Source: Trichoplax adhaerens
Lineage: Eukaryota; Animalia; Placozoa
Assembly (NCBI RefSeq): GCF_000150275.1
Contig: NW_002060958.1
Span: 814,272 to 878,271 of the forward strand
DNA: 64,000 nucleotides
Reading direction: 5' to 3'
Shown one piece after another: positions 14,201 to 27,628 of the stretch (its first letter is position 1; every line of letters starts with the position of its first letter). Position numbers and translations under genes: made by a program. The notes under the pieces are model-generated. The model saw nothing but the letters and a program-made list of their open reading frames with translations, had not been told where the DNA came from and did not search any database.

Positions 14201-16442
14201 TGTATGGTAAAGAATCTCTATATCATGTTATTATTACCACTATTTACCTGATTTCGTTTTCTAGAATTCTAAGCATTTAAATAGATTTTAACTTTGAAGA
14301 GTATTAGAATCTGATTTATCCTGAAAAGAAGATAGCTCAATAATGTCATATTCTGTAAAGACGATTTTTTACTTCAGTTGGTTATGAAAAATATTATTTC
14401 GATATATATTTTAATCATTAGTATTTTATTACAATCTTTGCGTTATAACACTTTAAGGCCTTGAACAAGGTCTATTCCTCGTATTACTGTATTAGCAGTG
14501 TATCTCAAATATACGCTTATGCAATTTATTCAGGTATTTTGTTAATAAAAAAATACCGTAAGTGTTCAAATCAAAATTTAAAACCTCGAGTTCTTAAAGC
14601 CATAAATCAAGACTGCTCTCAATAACAGATTTGATTGTAGAGATTAGTTTAACCTATATACGGTAATGCAAGAGCTAATTACAACATTGAACTGTACCAT
14701 TAACAATTATATTAAAGCTCGTTTAAACTACGAACGACAGCATCAAATGAGAGTTTTCAGTGGATAAATGCAAATCCGATCTCATTGACATTCAACTACA
14801 TTAAATGAGTTCTTGTTTTCTAGAATCAAAAAGCAGATTATCGATAATTTAAACTGCAGTATTTTCACGGTACTAAATTACCGTGAGCAATTATTTTACG
14901 TAAATTTGCTATCTAGGTTCTTATGCTATTCTATTACTGTGCTAAATGTAGTGCAAATACATGCAGTAGGAGCAGGTCGGTCATATCAATGCTTATCGTT
15001 CATTTTATAAAGCTGTAACCTTAACTAGATATATATTATTCTATTAACTTGGTATTCCCTAAACATAGTGGTAAATTCCCGAATATTGATGTTGAAAACT
15101 GGATTAGCAGATACTATAGTTATCTGCAGATGTATAATAGAACTGAATGATAAACTTATATGTAAATTTCGGAGGTTCTAGACTAAAATCTTGTACTAAA
15201 TGTAAGTAAGAAGTAGGATAATTGGAGATATTTCCCATATTAATTCTGTATTTAACAGGACTAGACTAGAGTTTAGAGAAATCCTTAATGGAACATTTTG
15301 GGTGAAATACCACCTAATATGATTATATTGTAGGCTTACCCTCGAGGCTTTGATTACAGTAGTGAAATCAGTTATACGTTTACGTTTAAAATAGCTATTA
15401 AAACACTTACTAATTCGGTTAATAAATTTAATTTTGAATTTCGTTTTAAGCTGAAGATTTAACTTATTGTCTAGACCAGCCGATCAGGGTTCCGACTACT
15501 TGAGATATTTCCAGCAAAAGTAGATCGCCTAGTGACATTGTAGTATATACTAATTTTAATTAGTTGCTAGTGACAATAAAAGAGTTGAAATTACTTTCTC
15601 AACCCGTATAACAGGATAATAGATCACAATGTCTGTTTCGGCTTTAATATTAAATTGCGAGTGAATTTAATTAATCCTACGAACCAAAAGCGTTTCCGGA
15701 TCGAAAGGATAACTGTTCCAGCTGTTCAATGCAAAATAGTTTACTTATTTGCTGATAATTAAATTAAGATCAGCCGCAATTTAGTTGGATCAGGGTACTT
15801 TTAATAATTATGAGCCCGCCAATTATTTATAACAGGTATAATAGATACTGCTTAGCAGAATAAAAATTTAGTAAGAAATCGGTAAGACAAGGAAATCTTC
15901 TGAGTCTAAAGTTCTGGCAGCTAATCTAAAGTAAATTCTAACTGCTTATAATTCATTCTTACCTTACCGATTCTGACGGCATATACACGTATCTACGTTC
16001 TTTAGCCTTTGATAATAATCTTGCCAGTATTATATTAATCATGTAGTTTAAATTTTATATGGGCACTTCTCATACTCTCTCTTAGATCTATAAGTCTGGC
16101 TGGATTATTTTCGGGATAAGTTATAGTAAATAGATGAAACTGCCCATTAATGTATACTACTGTAAAATCTGCTGTGTGTACAGATATTCCGTTTAAATTT
16201 CTTCTTGGTAAAGCTAAAGTATAGACTTTTTAATTGCTAGTTTATTCAACAAATTTTTCATTGCATGTGAGAATTTTGATTTACTATTTGCACATTGAAA
16301 AAATAACAAAAAATCCTGGAACGACTTTTTATAATAGGTTTCAGCTAAAATTTTAGGCAAAAGTAACTGATATGCTATGATATTACTGAAGTCTACAGAA
16401 ACAAACTAAGACGCAATAACAGAATAAACACGATTTCAGTGT

Positions 16443-17703
16443 TGTGATAGTGTTACATACTGTATTAGAGTAGAAATATCTATGTTAGGATAATTCTGTT
16501 AGCCTTTCCTTATTTAGTTAACTTCTAATTAGGATATACTGTGTTTTAATATAGCATTGACTTTTTATGACACTTATACGCATACTGAATTAATAGTTAT
16601 AATAGGGAATGCAGATTATCTACTTACAGTTCGAATCATTGTGATTATAACTTACTTATGGTAGATTGTAAATTATCGTGGAAATGTTCCGTGATAGGAC
16701 ATATCGTAATCTGACTATTCTGTATTAGTCATCAGATGTCTATGTTCGTAAATACTGTTGTCTGCATTAAGGGAGCAATAGCTATAATTAATATCTAATT
16801 CAGTAAATGATTCCAAAGTTAATCGTACTAACTATGACTCATGAACTATTGAGAAAGAGTATATAAATGCAGTTGTTACAGTGTTAAATACTGTATTACA
16901 GTAGAAATAACTATGTTAGGATAATTCTGTTAGACTATCCTTATTTAGTTAACTTCTAATTTGGATATACTGTATTTTAATATAGCACTGACTTTTTATG
17001 ACAGTGACACTTATACACATACTGAAATTATAATAGTTATAATAGGGAATGCATATCATCTGCTTACAGTTCGAATCATTGTGATTGTAATTTACTTATG
17101 ATAGACTGTAAATTATCATGGAAATGTTCCGTGATAGGACATATCGTAATCTGACTATTCTGTATTAGTTATTACATGTCTATGTTCGTAAATACTGTTG
17201 TCTGCATTAAGAGAGCAGTAGCTAAAATTAATATCTAATTCAGTAAATGATTCTAATGTTAATTGTATTAACTATGACTCATGAACTATTGAGGAATAGT
17301 ATATAAATGCAGTATATCGTGAAATAAAGAAGAATTGTCCAACTTAGTGTTTAACGTAAAATACGAGGCGTTTAAGTCTTTGTGTAGTCTGCTAGTAGAG
17401 CAAAAGTGCTCGTGATAGTGCAGATATCGTTCCTTGATACGTAGTTCAAGGAATTGACTTATTGATCGTAGATTACGTTATCTTGTTGCAAAGCTGTTTT
17501 GTGACAGCAGTATATCGTGTAATAAAGAGGATTCTCAAACTTAGTGTTCGATGTAAAATACGAGGCGTCTAAGTCTTTGTGTAGTCTGCTAGTAGAGCAA
17601 AAGTGTTTATGATAGTGCAGATATCGTTCCTTGATACGTGGTACAAGGAATTGACTTATTGATCGTACGTTACATTATCTTGTTGTAAAGCAGTTTTGTG
17701 ACA
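16443..17703 (+). mobile_element. Solo LTR family A, outer copy (623 bp: 16443-16873 + 17512-17703)
   Basis: TGTGAT...GTGACA termini; TATATAAA ~16860; AATAAA 17521; nearly identical to the inverted copy at 20228-20850. Confidence 0.92.
16874..17506 (+). mobile_element. Solo LTR family A, nested inner copy (633 bp)
   Basis: TGTTAC...GTGACA termini; perfect TSD GCAGT; full-length but diverged homologue of its host. Confidence 0.92.
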
Positions 17704-19067
17704 AACCGTTTCAGCCAATTACAGTAACTGTATGCATTTAATATTGTAATCTCAACTGTGGCTGTTACTATCAAACTTACTGTTACGGTTGCGCTATAAT
17801 TAATCAACTTGAACGTGATATAAGAGTAAAATGAGAAAATCGTTTACTTTAGATTATCTTTAATTCCTGCTTGTTAAGAAATATAATAAATATTGAAATT
17901 AGCAGTATTTAAAATATGCAAAGCAGAAATGACCGCAAGATCTCTTTTAATGGAAATACGGCTGGTAATTGTTGTTATATAACGTAATTAGTAACCTATT
18001 AATTTTCAGTTACTATGCTTCAAAATTGTTGAAAAAAGAACAGAAAATTAAAATTTTAAATGATTGGATCATATTAAATTACCGGTAAAGCTGGATATAA
18101 TGCGATTTCTAAAACACTAGTAACAATTAGTACTGTCATTACAATGTATTATTGATTCTAAGATAATTTGAAAATATGTTTAATTTCTGCTTTGACCTAG
18201 TAAGTTTCAAAGTTGAACATTTTTCATTTCATCATCTCTTACTGTAATAAAGGCAGCTGGATAGAGGTGAGCAAATCAGATTTTCTTGATAGGCATGTGG
18301 ATAAATGAATTTGATTCAATAAAGGCGTATTCTAATCACTGCAAGTAAAATAAGCTAGAAGGTGCATGACAACTTCATCCCGACTTGGGTACTCGATATT
18401 GAAACTGCTATTACTTTCAACATAGTATAGATCTTCGCAAATATTTAGGATTTGCTATACAGAGCAGCGTAATTTTACGTTTTTATTGTTCATTCCACCT
18501 TATAAATTTGTCATGATCATTAATGTATATTATTTTATGCATAATTTATAGTTTTGACGACTAGTCACGATCAAGTTTGCGAAACAAAGAGTGACCTTTA
18601 TCAATCTAATAAATCTGCATTATAGCCTGCTGTTAATTAGAACCGCATTTTTAATGCTGGTATTTTGGCACTGCACTCACTTTAGTGCTCTTTCAAACAA
18701 ACTTTCTGATAATTATGTTCTGTATAACTCTACCTTAGCAGGCTAAAACTATATCTATTTTTAATTAATGAATGCAATCCCTTTACCCTTTACGTATAGA
18801 GAGACTTCCCTTTATATGATTATTAAATAAGTAGCTTTCTGAAAGAAAGCAGCAACAATAACACTTCCGTAAGATTCTGAAGTATAAGACATTAGCTGCT
18901 TTCGAAATTAGTATCATCTTCGGTCAACGTATTGCAAAAGTAATTACTGTATACGCGTATAGACAACGAAAGTATCATAACATCTAATTGTTTGATCTAT
19001 TTTAAATTATACTCTTTATTCCGGAAATAAATGATGTAGGAACTTTAATCACTACCAAAAATAGTAC

Positions 19068-19504
19068 TGTCACAAACCAGCTTCGTGACAAGGATAACGT
19101 AAAACAAATCTCTAAATAGTCTTCCGGAATTCAGTATCCCTTAACTACCTCACAAGAATTTAGACGCCTTTGATTCTACGTTAAACTCAACTAGACAATT
19201 GAGAACTACTTTATTCAAATATCTGACGGGCCTATATACCCTTCTACAGCAGCTAACATTCACAAGTCATCTTATAAAAATACTTGGGTGAGAACATCTA
19301 CTAACTAATTTTTCACAGTCGGACTACAATATGTCCATTCACAGAATCATTTCAGAGCACATTATAGCACAGCATTAAATTTACTGTAACACATTTATAA
19401 TTAGAGTAATTCCTATAGTAAGTAACTAGTTGTAATATAATATCACTATATTATATTAACCAAATTTAGATATCTATTTCTTCACGGTAGTTCGTACCGT
19501 GACA
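19068..19504 (-). mobile_element. Solo LTR family B (437 bp)
   Basis: TGTCAC...GTGACA termini; perfect TSD AGTAC; minus-strand GTATATA then AATAAA; close homologue at 37220-37661. Confidence 0.9.
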
Positions 19505-19544
19505 AGTACATATAAGCTTATATCGATATTCAAGATAAAACTCC

Positions 19545-19594
19545 NNNNNNNNNNNNNNNNNNNNNNNNNNNNNNNNNNNNNNNNNNNNNNNNNN
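19545..19594. other. Assembly gap (50 N)
   Basis: Run of N. Confidence 0.99.
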
Positions 19595-20070
19595 ATTAAC
19601 TACACAGCTCTACTCTAGCCGAATACTACTTCTAAAGACTTCTACAACGAACTAACAGAATAATCTAAAGTTGCATGCTTTTATACTTTTCGTAGCATTC
19701 ACAGCTACAATCCGCATGGCAACCTTTTACCTTATTTTACACATAGTTAAATTATTCTTAGTAAGACTATTCTACTGCGGACCATCATTAATCCAATATA
19801 GATACGACTACAGTACTTACGTAGACATTATTCACACCAGCCAAAGTACAATGAATTAACCATACCCTAATATATGATTTACAGTTCTATTTCTACCTAT
19901 AGCCATATTAGTAACTCCACAGCTTACTGTATATAGTCATCTGTACTCTAGCATAGAGTCTCTACCACTACAGTCTATAGTTACAGCTACCAAATATCTC
20001 TTAGGATAAATATCTAACGTACATTATACTACACATGGCTAACAGTCTACAATCACAATACTAAGTTACA
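19595..20070 (-). mobile_element. Possible solo LTR truncated by the gap
   Basis: Minus strand begins TGTAAC and has AGTATAAAAG about 390 nt in; the other end and TSD are not visible. Confidence 0.4.
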
Positions 20071-20227
20071 TTACAGCATCATTTGCTCTGGCAGTTGTGT
20101 CACGAGAATATACTCTTTCCGCTGGTGTTTTTCTAGATCCAATCACATATGATCGTTGACATAGGTTAGGTCTTTCTTGGGGGTGTAAATAAGAATATCA
20201 GTAAAGACGGAATGTAAATAATATACT

Positions 20228-20850
20228 TGTCACAAAACAGCTTTACAACAAGATAATGTAACGTACGATCAATAAGTCAATTCCTTGTACCACGTATCAA
20301 GGAACGATATCTGCACTATCATAAACACTTTTGCTCTACTAGCAGACTACACAAAGACTTAGACGCCTCGTATTTTACATCGAACACTAAGTTTGAGAAT
20401 CCTCTTTATTACACGATATACTGCATTTATATACTCTTTCTCAATAGTTCATGAGTCATAGTTAGTACGATTAACTTTGGAATCATTTACTGAATTAGAT
20501 ATTAATTATAGCTATTGCTCCCTTAATGCAGACAACAGTATTTACGAACATAGACATCTGATGACTAATACAGAATAGTCAGATTACGATATGTCCTATC
20601 ACGGAACATTTCCACGATAATTTACAATCTACCATAAGTAAGTTATAATCACAATGATTCGAACTGTAAGTAGATAATCTGCATTCCCTATTATAACTAT
20701 TAATTCAGTATGCGTATAAGTGTCATAAAAAGTCAATGCTATATTAAAACACAGTATATCCTAATTAGAAGTTAACTAAATAAGGAAAGGCTAACAGAAT
20801 TATCCTAACATAGATATTTCTACTCTAATACAGTATGTAACACTGTCACA
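20228..20850 (-). mobile_element. Solo LTR family A, inverted copy (623 bp)
   Basis: Reverse complement reads TGTGACA...TGTGACA and matches the outer copy at 16443-17703 without its insert. Confidence 0.93.
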
Positions 20851-22835
20851 CGGTTATGTAGATGAAAGCTGTATAATTACAGAATAGCTAATACATAGTA
20901 CGACTGGGTCGGAATGAACAAGGACAGCCGGCAAACATTAATTTTTTTGGACGGTAGATGAATAATTTATGATTTCATTGCAACGGATACTACCCATTCA
21001 AAATGTAGATGAAGTCCCAACAATACTACTTTATAAATTAATTATCAGAAATTTCGTAAGAAATATTATTAAGCCTTAACTCTCGCAAAACTGCACAATC
21101 AACTTCTGAATTGCAATTTCTTTCCTAACTCAATACAAGTACTGTTCTACAACTACTCCAATAAATTGATTGACCCATACTTTCCTCTCGACAAATATTT
21201 TATAACCACAAGTTTCGTTACAATATCGTAATATAGAATAGTACGGTACTTACCAAAAGATAACTATTTCAAGTACAAACTATTCCAGGCGGTTAACCAT
21301 TCAACGACGCTCGAAAGTATAGGTATTACAGTATGTAGGATGTTAAAATTTTATTCAGCAAAAATTGTCATGATTGTTACGACGAATAAGTTATCTAATA
21401 CCCTATAGATCATACTAAAATCTCAAAGCAAAAGCGTGTTTATTGCACAAATGATTAGTATAACTTTACCCGATATCTAATGTAACCATAACAACAGAAC
21501 TAAATTATTATATGTAAGAGATATATAATGCAGATACATCATTTACTATATTCATTATTTAAAATCTCAAATATTAAGATCATTGCCAATATTTCCTTTC
21601 TAGTTAGGTTATCAATTACTATATTCTGCTCATACTCTTCGTCTAATACTGGAACAGTATCTACAAGCGATCTCATTAAACTCGATCTACTTCACTTTGG
21701 CTGTTACCACATTATGAGGGTAAATTGTTGGATGGACGGGGTCAAAATTTAAGTTTTAGATTCAATTTTAAGATTCGTAAATTAATTAGCGTTATTTCAG
21801 ATAACTATTATTCTAGTACATCTACTAATCCCTATTATCAATATCTATTATTATTAAAGTAAAAGCAATTGATTTACATTAATTATAACGCATAAATTAT
21901 TGCAAAAAATACTATATGAAAAATTGTATGATGATCCTAGATCAGTGTGAAATAAATATTGAAGTAGCTATAACAGAGTACTAATCCTATTACTCTAAAT
22001 AATGGAAATGAATTAAGAAAGCCAGATATAACTAAGTTAACGACATTTGATTCTTACTCCAAAATTGTATTCTATATATCTTACTTTCAATAAATTAGCT
22101 AGTATGCGAAATATTATCGTGAGATAATTCCAATTCCAATTGAAGAAAACACGTGTTTGTGGTAGTAGGCGCTGGAATTAAGGATGCAGATATTAATTAA
22201 TTATTAAATCTAAACTAGGGATAAAAATATTTTTCCAATTCATGCATGAAAGAGCTAAACAAGTACTTAGCTATAGCTTTCCACTATTCTATTCATTCAA
22301 TTTAATAACAACAGGTATAATGAATATAAATACTTAAAAGTAGACTGACTCAAACTCGATGCTTAACACCTTTTTACATCGTATAAATTTCTAATAAAGA
22401 TACGAAAACGAATATAAAATAATTCTTAACAGACAATTCAGTTCATTCCATTCATCAATTTTTCTCTCACGATGTAATATATATATTTCTTAGTTCAATT
22501 AAGTTTACGAATGATTAGTCCCCTATTGCTACTTCATTTTTTATACGTATTAACTACAAAGTCAAACAGAATTCGTACGGCTCTTAATCGAAACTACTGT
22601 CATTCCTTTATTTTGCTAAGCTTGAAAAGCCTTGGTAGCCTATCTAAAGTGAATTTTATCTAGAGCTACCGTAGATCGCTTTTGAAAGTAATTTAGTCGT
22701 TTTAGCATGCAAATGTAATTTTTTATATGTTAAAGATGAAGTTCATTTTTTTTTCATAAACAGCCGTGTAACAAATTTATCAATCGATGCTTATAATTAT
22801 ATCCAATTCGAAAACGTTTAAAGTGTGCCATTAAG

Positions 22836-23333
22836 AAGGTATTACTAACTCTTGATATATATACAATTCTTCTATCCTTCAAGATCATTCTAAAGCAGAA
22901 AATGATCTAATTTAGCTATATTAATCTATATGATGTAGTGACTACACTTAAAAATACGCCATCATTACTGCATATAATGTAGCTACGCAACAAATCTATC
23001 AATTGATCCTGGTGATTACATCCAATAAGAAAATGTTTAAAATATGTTATTAAGAACTGTAGTAAAACTAATTGTTAAGAGCATGAACAGTTAATTATGT
23101 TAAACTACACGAGCACTGCATCTTACGGCAGCTCATATTAGCAATTTGGGTAATAATTAAGAACTCAACTTCAGTGCTAAACTTGCGGTACTACAAGATG
23201 GTACTACTAGCCCTTGATATGTAAGTAAATTCACCTACCCTTAAAGATTTATTGGTAAACAAAAATGATTTAATTGAGCTGCGTTAAGCTATTTGATGTA
23301 GTAATCTCAATTACAGAGACGCCATCACCGCTG
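22836..23333. repeat. Degenerate ~135-bp direct repeat pair about 360 bp apart
   Basis: 22836-22970 vs 23197-23333 share ggta.tacta..cttgatat, aaaatgat.taatt.agct, tgatgtagt and acgccatca. Confidence 0.75.
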
Positions 23334-26300
23334 AATATCTTTGTGAATTGGTAAACTTCTGATAGATCCCAAGCGTGATCTTATGATACATTAATGTTTA
23401 ATTATACCTATCTTGAGAGTCACAAAGTAGTCACATTGAAGGGATTACCATTAAGGTGAAATATAGCGTACTAGAAATTAGTATATCTGCGATCATATCG
23501 AACTAGAGTCTTAATCTAGCATAATTTTTCATAGTAATAAAATTATGTATTCTTTATCTTTTATAAAATTTTATATGGTTTAATCATATTAACGAGTAAA
23601 CAAGAAATAATCATACAGTGATTAAAGATTAAGTAATAAGAAAACGAATATTCTCTACATAACTGCTATGATAATGATTAGAGAATTTTCCTAATTCACG
23701 TTACGGCAATATTTATCATCCATACATATACAGTAATCATCTTGAGACGAGATACGTACTAATCAAAGCTTCAGAAGCGATAGAGAGACTAATGATGCTT
23801 ATTTAAGCTAATATTCAATGTACTATGCAACGAAATATCACAATACCATCACTTTACAATTACTTCCATGACTCATGCAAGTATACTCCACAAATACAAT
23901 TAATGGAATAAAGCGACTCATCATCACATGCTATATTGTACGATCATAATACAAAAAATTTACTATTTCTTTGCCATACTAGAATGAATTTCAAAATAGA
24001 TGCGATTATGCCCAAATAAAGGTTAAAGAATAAATCACTTTTACTGCAATAACATTGAAATATCAAAATAATTCGGTAACTTTGCGAAATTTGAATACTA
24101 CTCATATATCAAAATTATCTAATCCCTAAGTTAATATATGACAGCACAGTATCTACCTAAGGTTGAAGCAAATTATTAAACGTTCGATTATGAAATTGAA
24201 TTATTTATAATCAAGCATAAAGTACGATATAAATCCGCCTTTACAAAGTTTCATGCCACTTTTGTGACTTAACTTAGCACATGAATTACAATCGCATTAT
24301 TGACTTTCAAAATATTATCGAGTAAATTGTATTATCTAGTGAAACTAAAGCAGACAGTTTCATTAATTAACAAGGCGTCCATTCGACGAAAACAGTTATT
24401 ATCTTCAGAAAGATCGCACCTCTACTGATCTTTTTCCGTAATAATACTACGCAGCTCTTACAGTCAATAAAAGGAGATATTTATAGTTACCAATTTTACA
24501 AGCTTCTTATTTCAAGTTTTGAACTGATTGAGAGCATTCCCTATAAAGTCAAATCACAACTAAATTGCGGTAGAATTTTGATAAAGTATATCAAGATTTT
24601 AGTTGAGGGAAGGTAAGTCTAAGTTTTTAAGTACATTTCGGTAGAATATAATTTCATGGATTTATATTTCGACTATATCTTTCCTTCCACAGTCTTTTAA
24701 TACATTTATTGTATAAATTAGTCGAATTATCTTACTAGATGGTACAAGATTATCGTAGTCTTAAAAAACAGTTTGGCACAATTGATGATTATATATATTA
24801 TAACAATAACATAACATGTATAAGTATTGTCAGGAATATTGTTATATTAATAAAATGCACGGTGACGATGTTCTCTTCGCTACCGATATTGTAAAAACGA
24901 AGATCGTTAAAATTTGACGATATATACGATAATATATATTTAGATATATTTATTACTCTATTTTAGTCAGAGATAGTCTTATTAAAGCCATATTGCCACA
25001 ATCAGATTTTATAGGTATCTATGAAGGAATTAAATTAAACTAAAGTAAAAGTCGTTTAAGTTAAGAGATTTCTCACTAGTAAATTCAACTTTGTAAACCT
25101 TTAACGCTGTCTAAAATTGCTAAAATATTACGAGCACAATTCATTAGTTATTTTTTCATTCTTTTCATTTTTGATATCGTCATCGGTATCAACCATTGTC
25201 TGTTTAATACTTTAACTTAGATCAATAAGCAGATTGCCACGATATTCGCATTACTACAGCATATGGAAAAACTGATAACAATTAGCATTACTGAATAGAA
25301 AACTACATATTGCCAGCGCTGATATTATTAGTATAGAGCGAGCTCAGCTCAATACCGTATAATGCTTAGCCTATATCAATATACGAGATGCTACGGATAA
25401 ATTTATAAAGACTAATAAGCTACTTAAAAGGGTAAATCGGATGAAATCATGCATTGTTACTATTCATTCATCTATCAAGACGCACATTGCAAAATGCAAT
25501 ATACATTAAGGATAACAAATCTACCGCTCGATAAATTGTCCTTTTAAAAAGCTAAAGACAATTAAATACCCGTAAAGACGCATTCATTATCTCTATTACC
25601 TTAAAACGTTGCCTTTAAGATCAATTGTAATTAAGGCTGCTCAAAGCTAGAAAAGTCATGTTAGTTAATTATACGTAATTATTTAAACTCCAAATTCAGG
25701 TAATGCTGATAACGGTTTGATCTTTTGGAATTCTAACTATCCATGTCAACTTCCAAGAAACAGCTATCGAAGTAGATATTTTAATAAAGGTGAGAAATGG
25801 AGAAACGGGAAACATGTTCATCTGTATAGTATTGAATACTTAAAACGATGTACTTTAATAACTAAATCGATGTAGATGTCATTCTTAACGCTTTCCCTTA
25901 CATATCATAATCACTAATACCTACCATCCTTTTAAATATAGAAAAGCATCAGTTACTGCGTCTAAATTTATGATCTTAAACCCAAAACGTTAATTCAAAG
26001 ATTCATACACCATAGAGCATCAGGCTGTAGTGAAGATAGTCATTCTGAAGTTCTCTGAGGATAAAACTAAGTTCACCATGGAATAATGAGGCCAACAATA
26101 GTTCTGGCTAGCTCTGACTCATGAATTTAAATAATATACTGAGATTAATCTTTAAAATTATCCTACAATACAAATTTGAGAGAAATTTAAATTTCAATTT
26201 TTCGGCATTATTACTAATCTAGCGGATCCAGTTACTATATTTGTCTTTAAAGATATTTGGTATTACTAAGAATTAGTACCAGTTAGTCACTGAAGTATCA

Positions 26301-27628
26301 TCCATAAGAACAGAAAATTTATAGACATAAATTATTGAGCCATATCTAAGCTTACCAAATACTAAAATTCTATATACCGTGCATGAATCCTCATCAAAAA
26401 AGTGACATAATCAGAAAAAAAATAGTCGTCGGCAGAAAAACTGGTTCAGTTTATCTCCATACTCTAATGATGCGCCAAAGAAAATATCAATCGATAATGT
26501 TATTATCCGAATCCTGCAGTACTTTCTTCCGCTACCTGCATTTAGTTAGGTGTTGCAAACATACTTTTCGACAGGGCAAAAAGGTTGTTACATTGAATTT
26601 TACAGATATCGTGCAATCGCTAATCGTACAGTATATATAGACTATATATCATGAAGCTAATCCTTTCTCGACAGTAAATTATCGATATCCAATCTCTTAG
26701 TGGACATATTAAGTGATTTTTAACTGGAAATACTATCTTCTATTTTTATATAAGATAAAATAGTTTTAATTTAATTGAGAAATACCAAGAAAAGATGCAT
26801 TATTCTTATCTATAATACGCTACTATCTCTATCAAGATCACGAAAACATTCAAAATATAGAAAATCTGTTTGATGTCACTTCCTAGCAACACAAGCGCTA
26901 ATTGCTAGCTTTTCGTCTGCCCTTGGCGAATACAGGACATATTAAATATTTATTGGATAACAGTATCGTTTGTAAAACAAAGACCTAGCTTATTTGTCAA
27001 ATATTCTTTAAATTAGTATTTAATTGAAAGCCTTACTAGAAAGAGAAGATAATTAATTATTTAAAGTGTGAAAACTTTTCTTTCCTTCATCCTAGATTAT
27101 AAATATCACAATTGTAGTCCATGGCTATTGTTAATCAAGTATCGAGACGAAATTTATAAAGTGGAAGCAAAGAAACCGTTATAATTTGGCATATACGGCT
27201 AAAATTTATAATTTAATAATTATCAGCTATAGCACGGATCTACCGTATTTCTATTAGAATTATAATTGTTAAGAATAAAAATTACAATTCTAATTCTTAA
27301 ATTTCAATTTTAAAATAACAGTAGCTTCAACACAATCATAAAACCCACTCGAAATATTAACATCTTTAAGTGATCAATCGAAACTCAGTATTTACTGCTA
27401 AAATATCTAACAACATTAAATTTACGAAGAAGATTTAACCGGGACTGAAGCTCAACATTCTCTAACCGTAGACTGATCTTGCTTATCTATTTCTTATCAT
27501 GAGTATTTCAAAAGGAATCTAGCAATTTTAATCGAAAAAAATTTGGTCGCTTAACCTATAACATCACCGAAGGATTTAAAAATTAGCTTTTGTAGACTTT
27601 TTGTGAATACTGAAAGATATCTGGTAAG

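Noticed and set aside
15014-15575. Additional solo LTR (TGTAAC start, two GTGACA ends, AATAAA at 15421)
   Set aside because: No matching TSD for either candidate end; boundaries unsupported.
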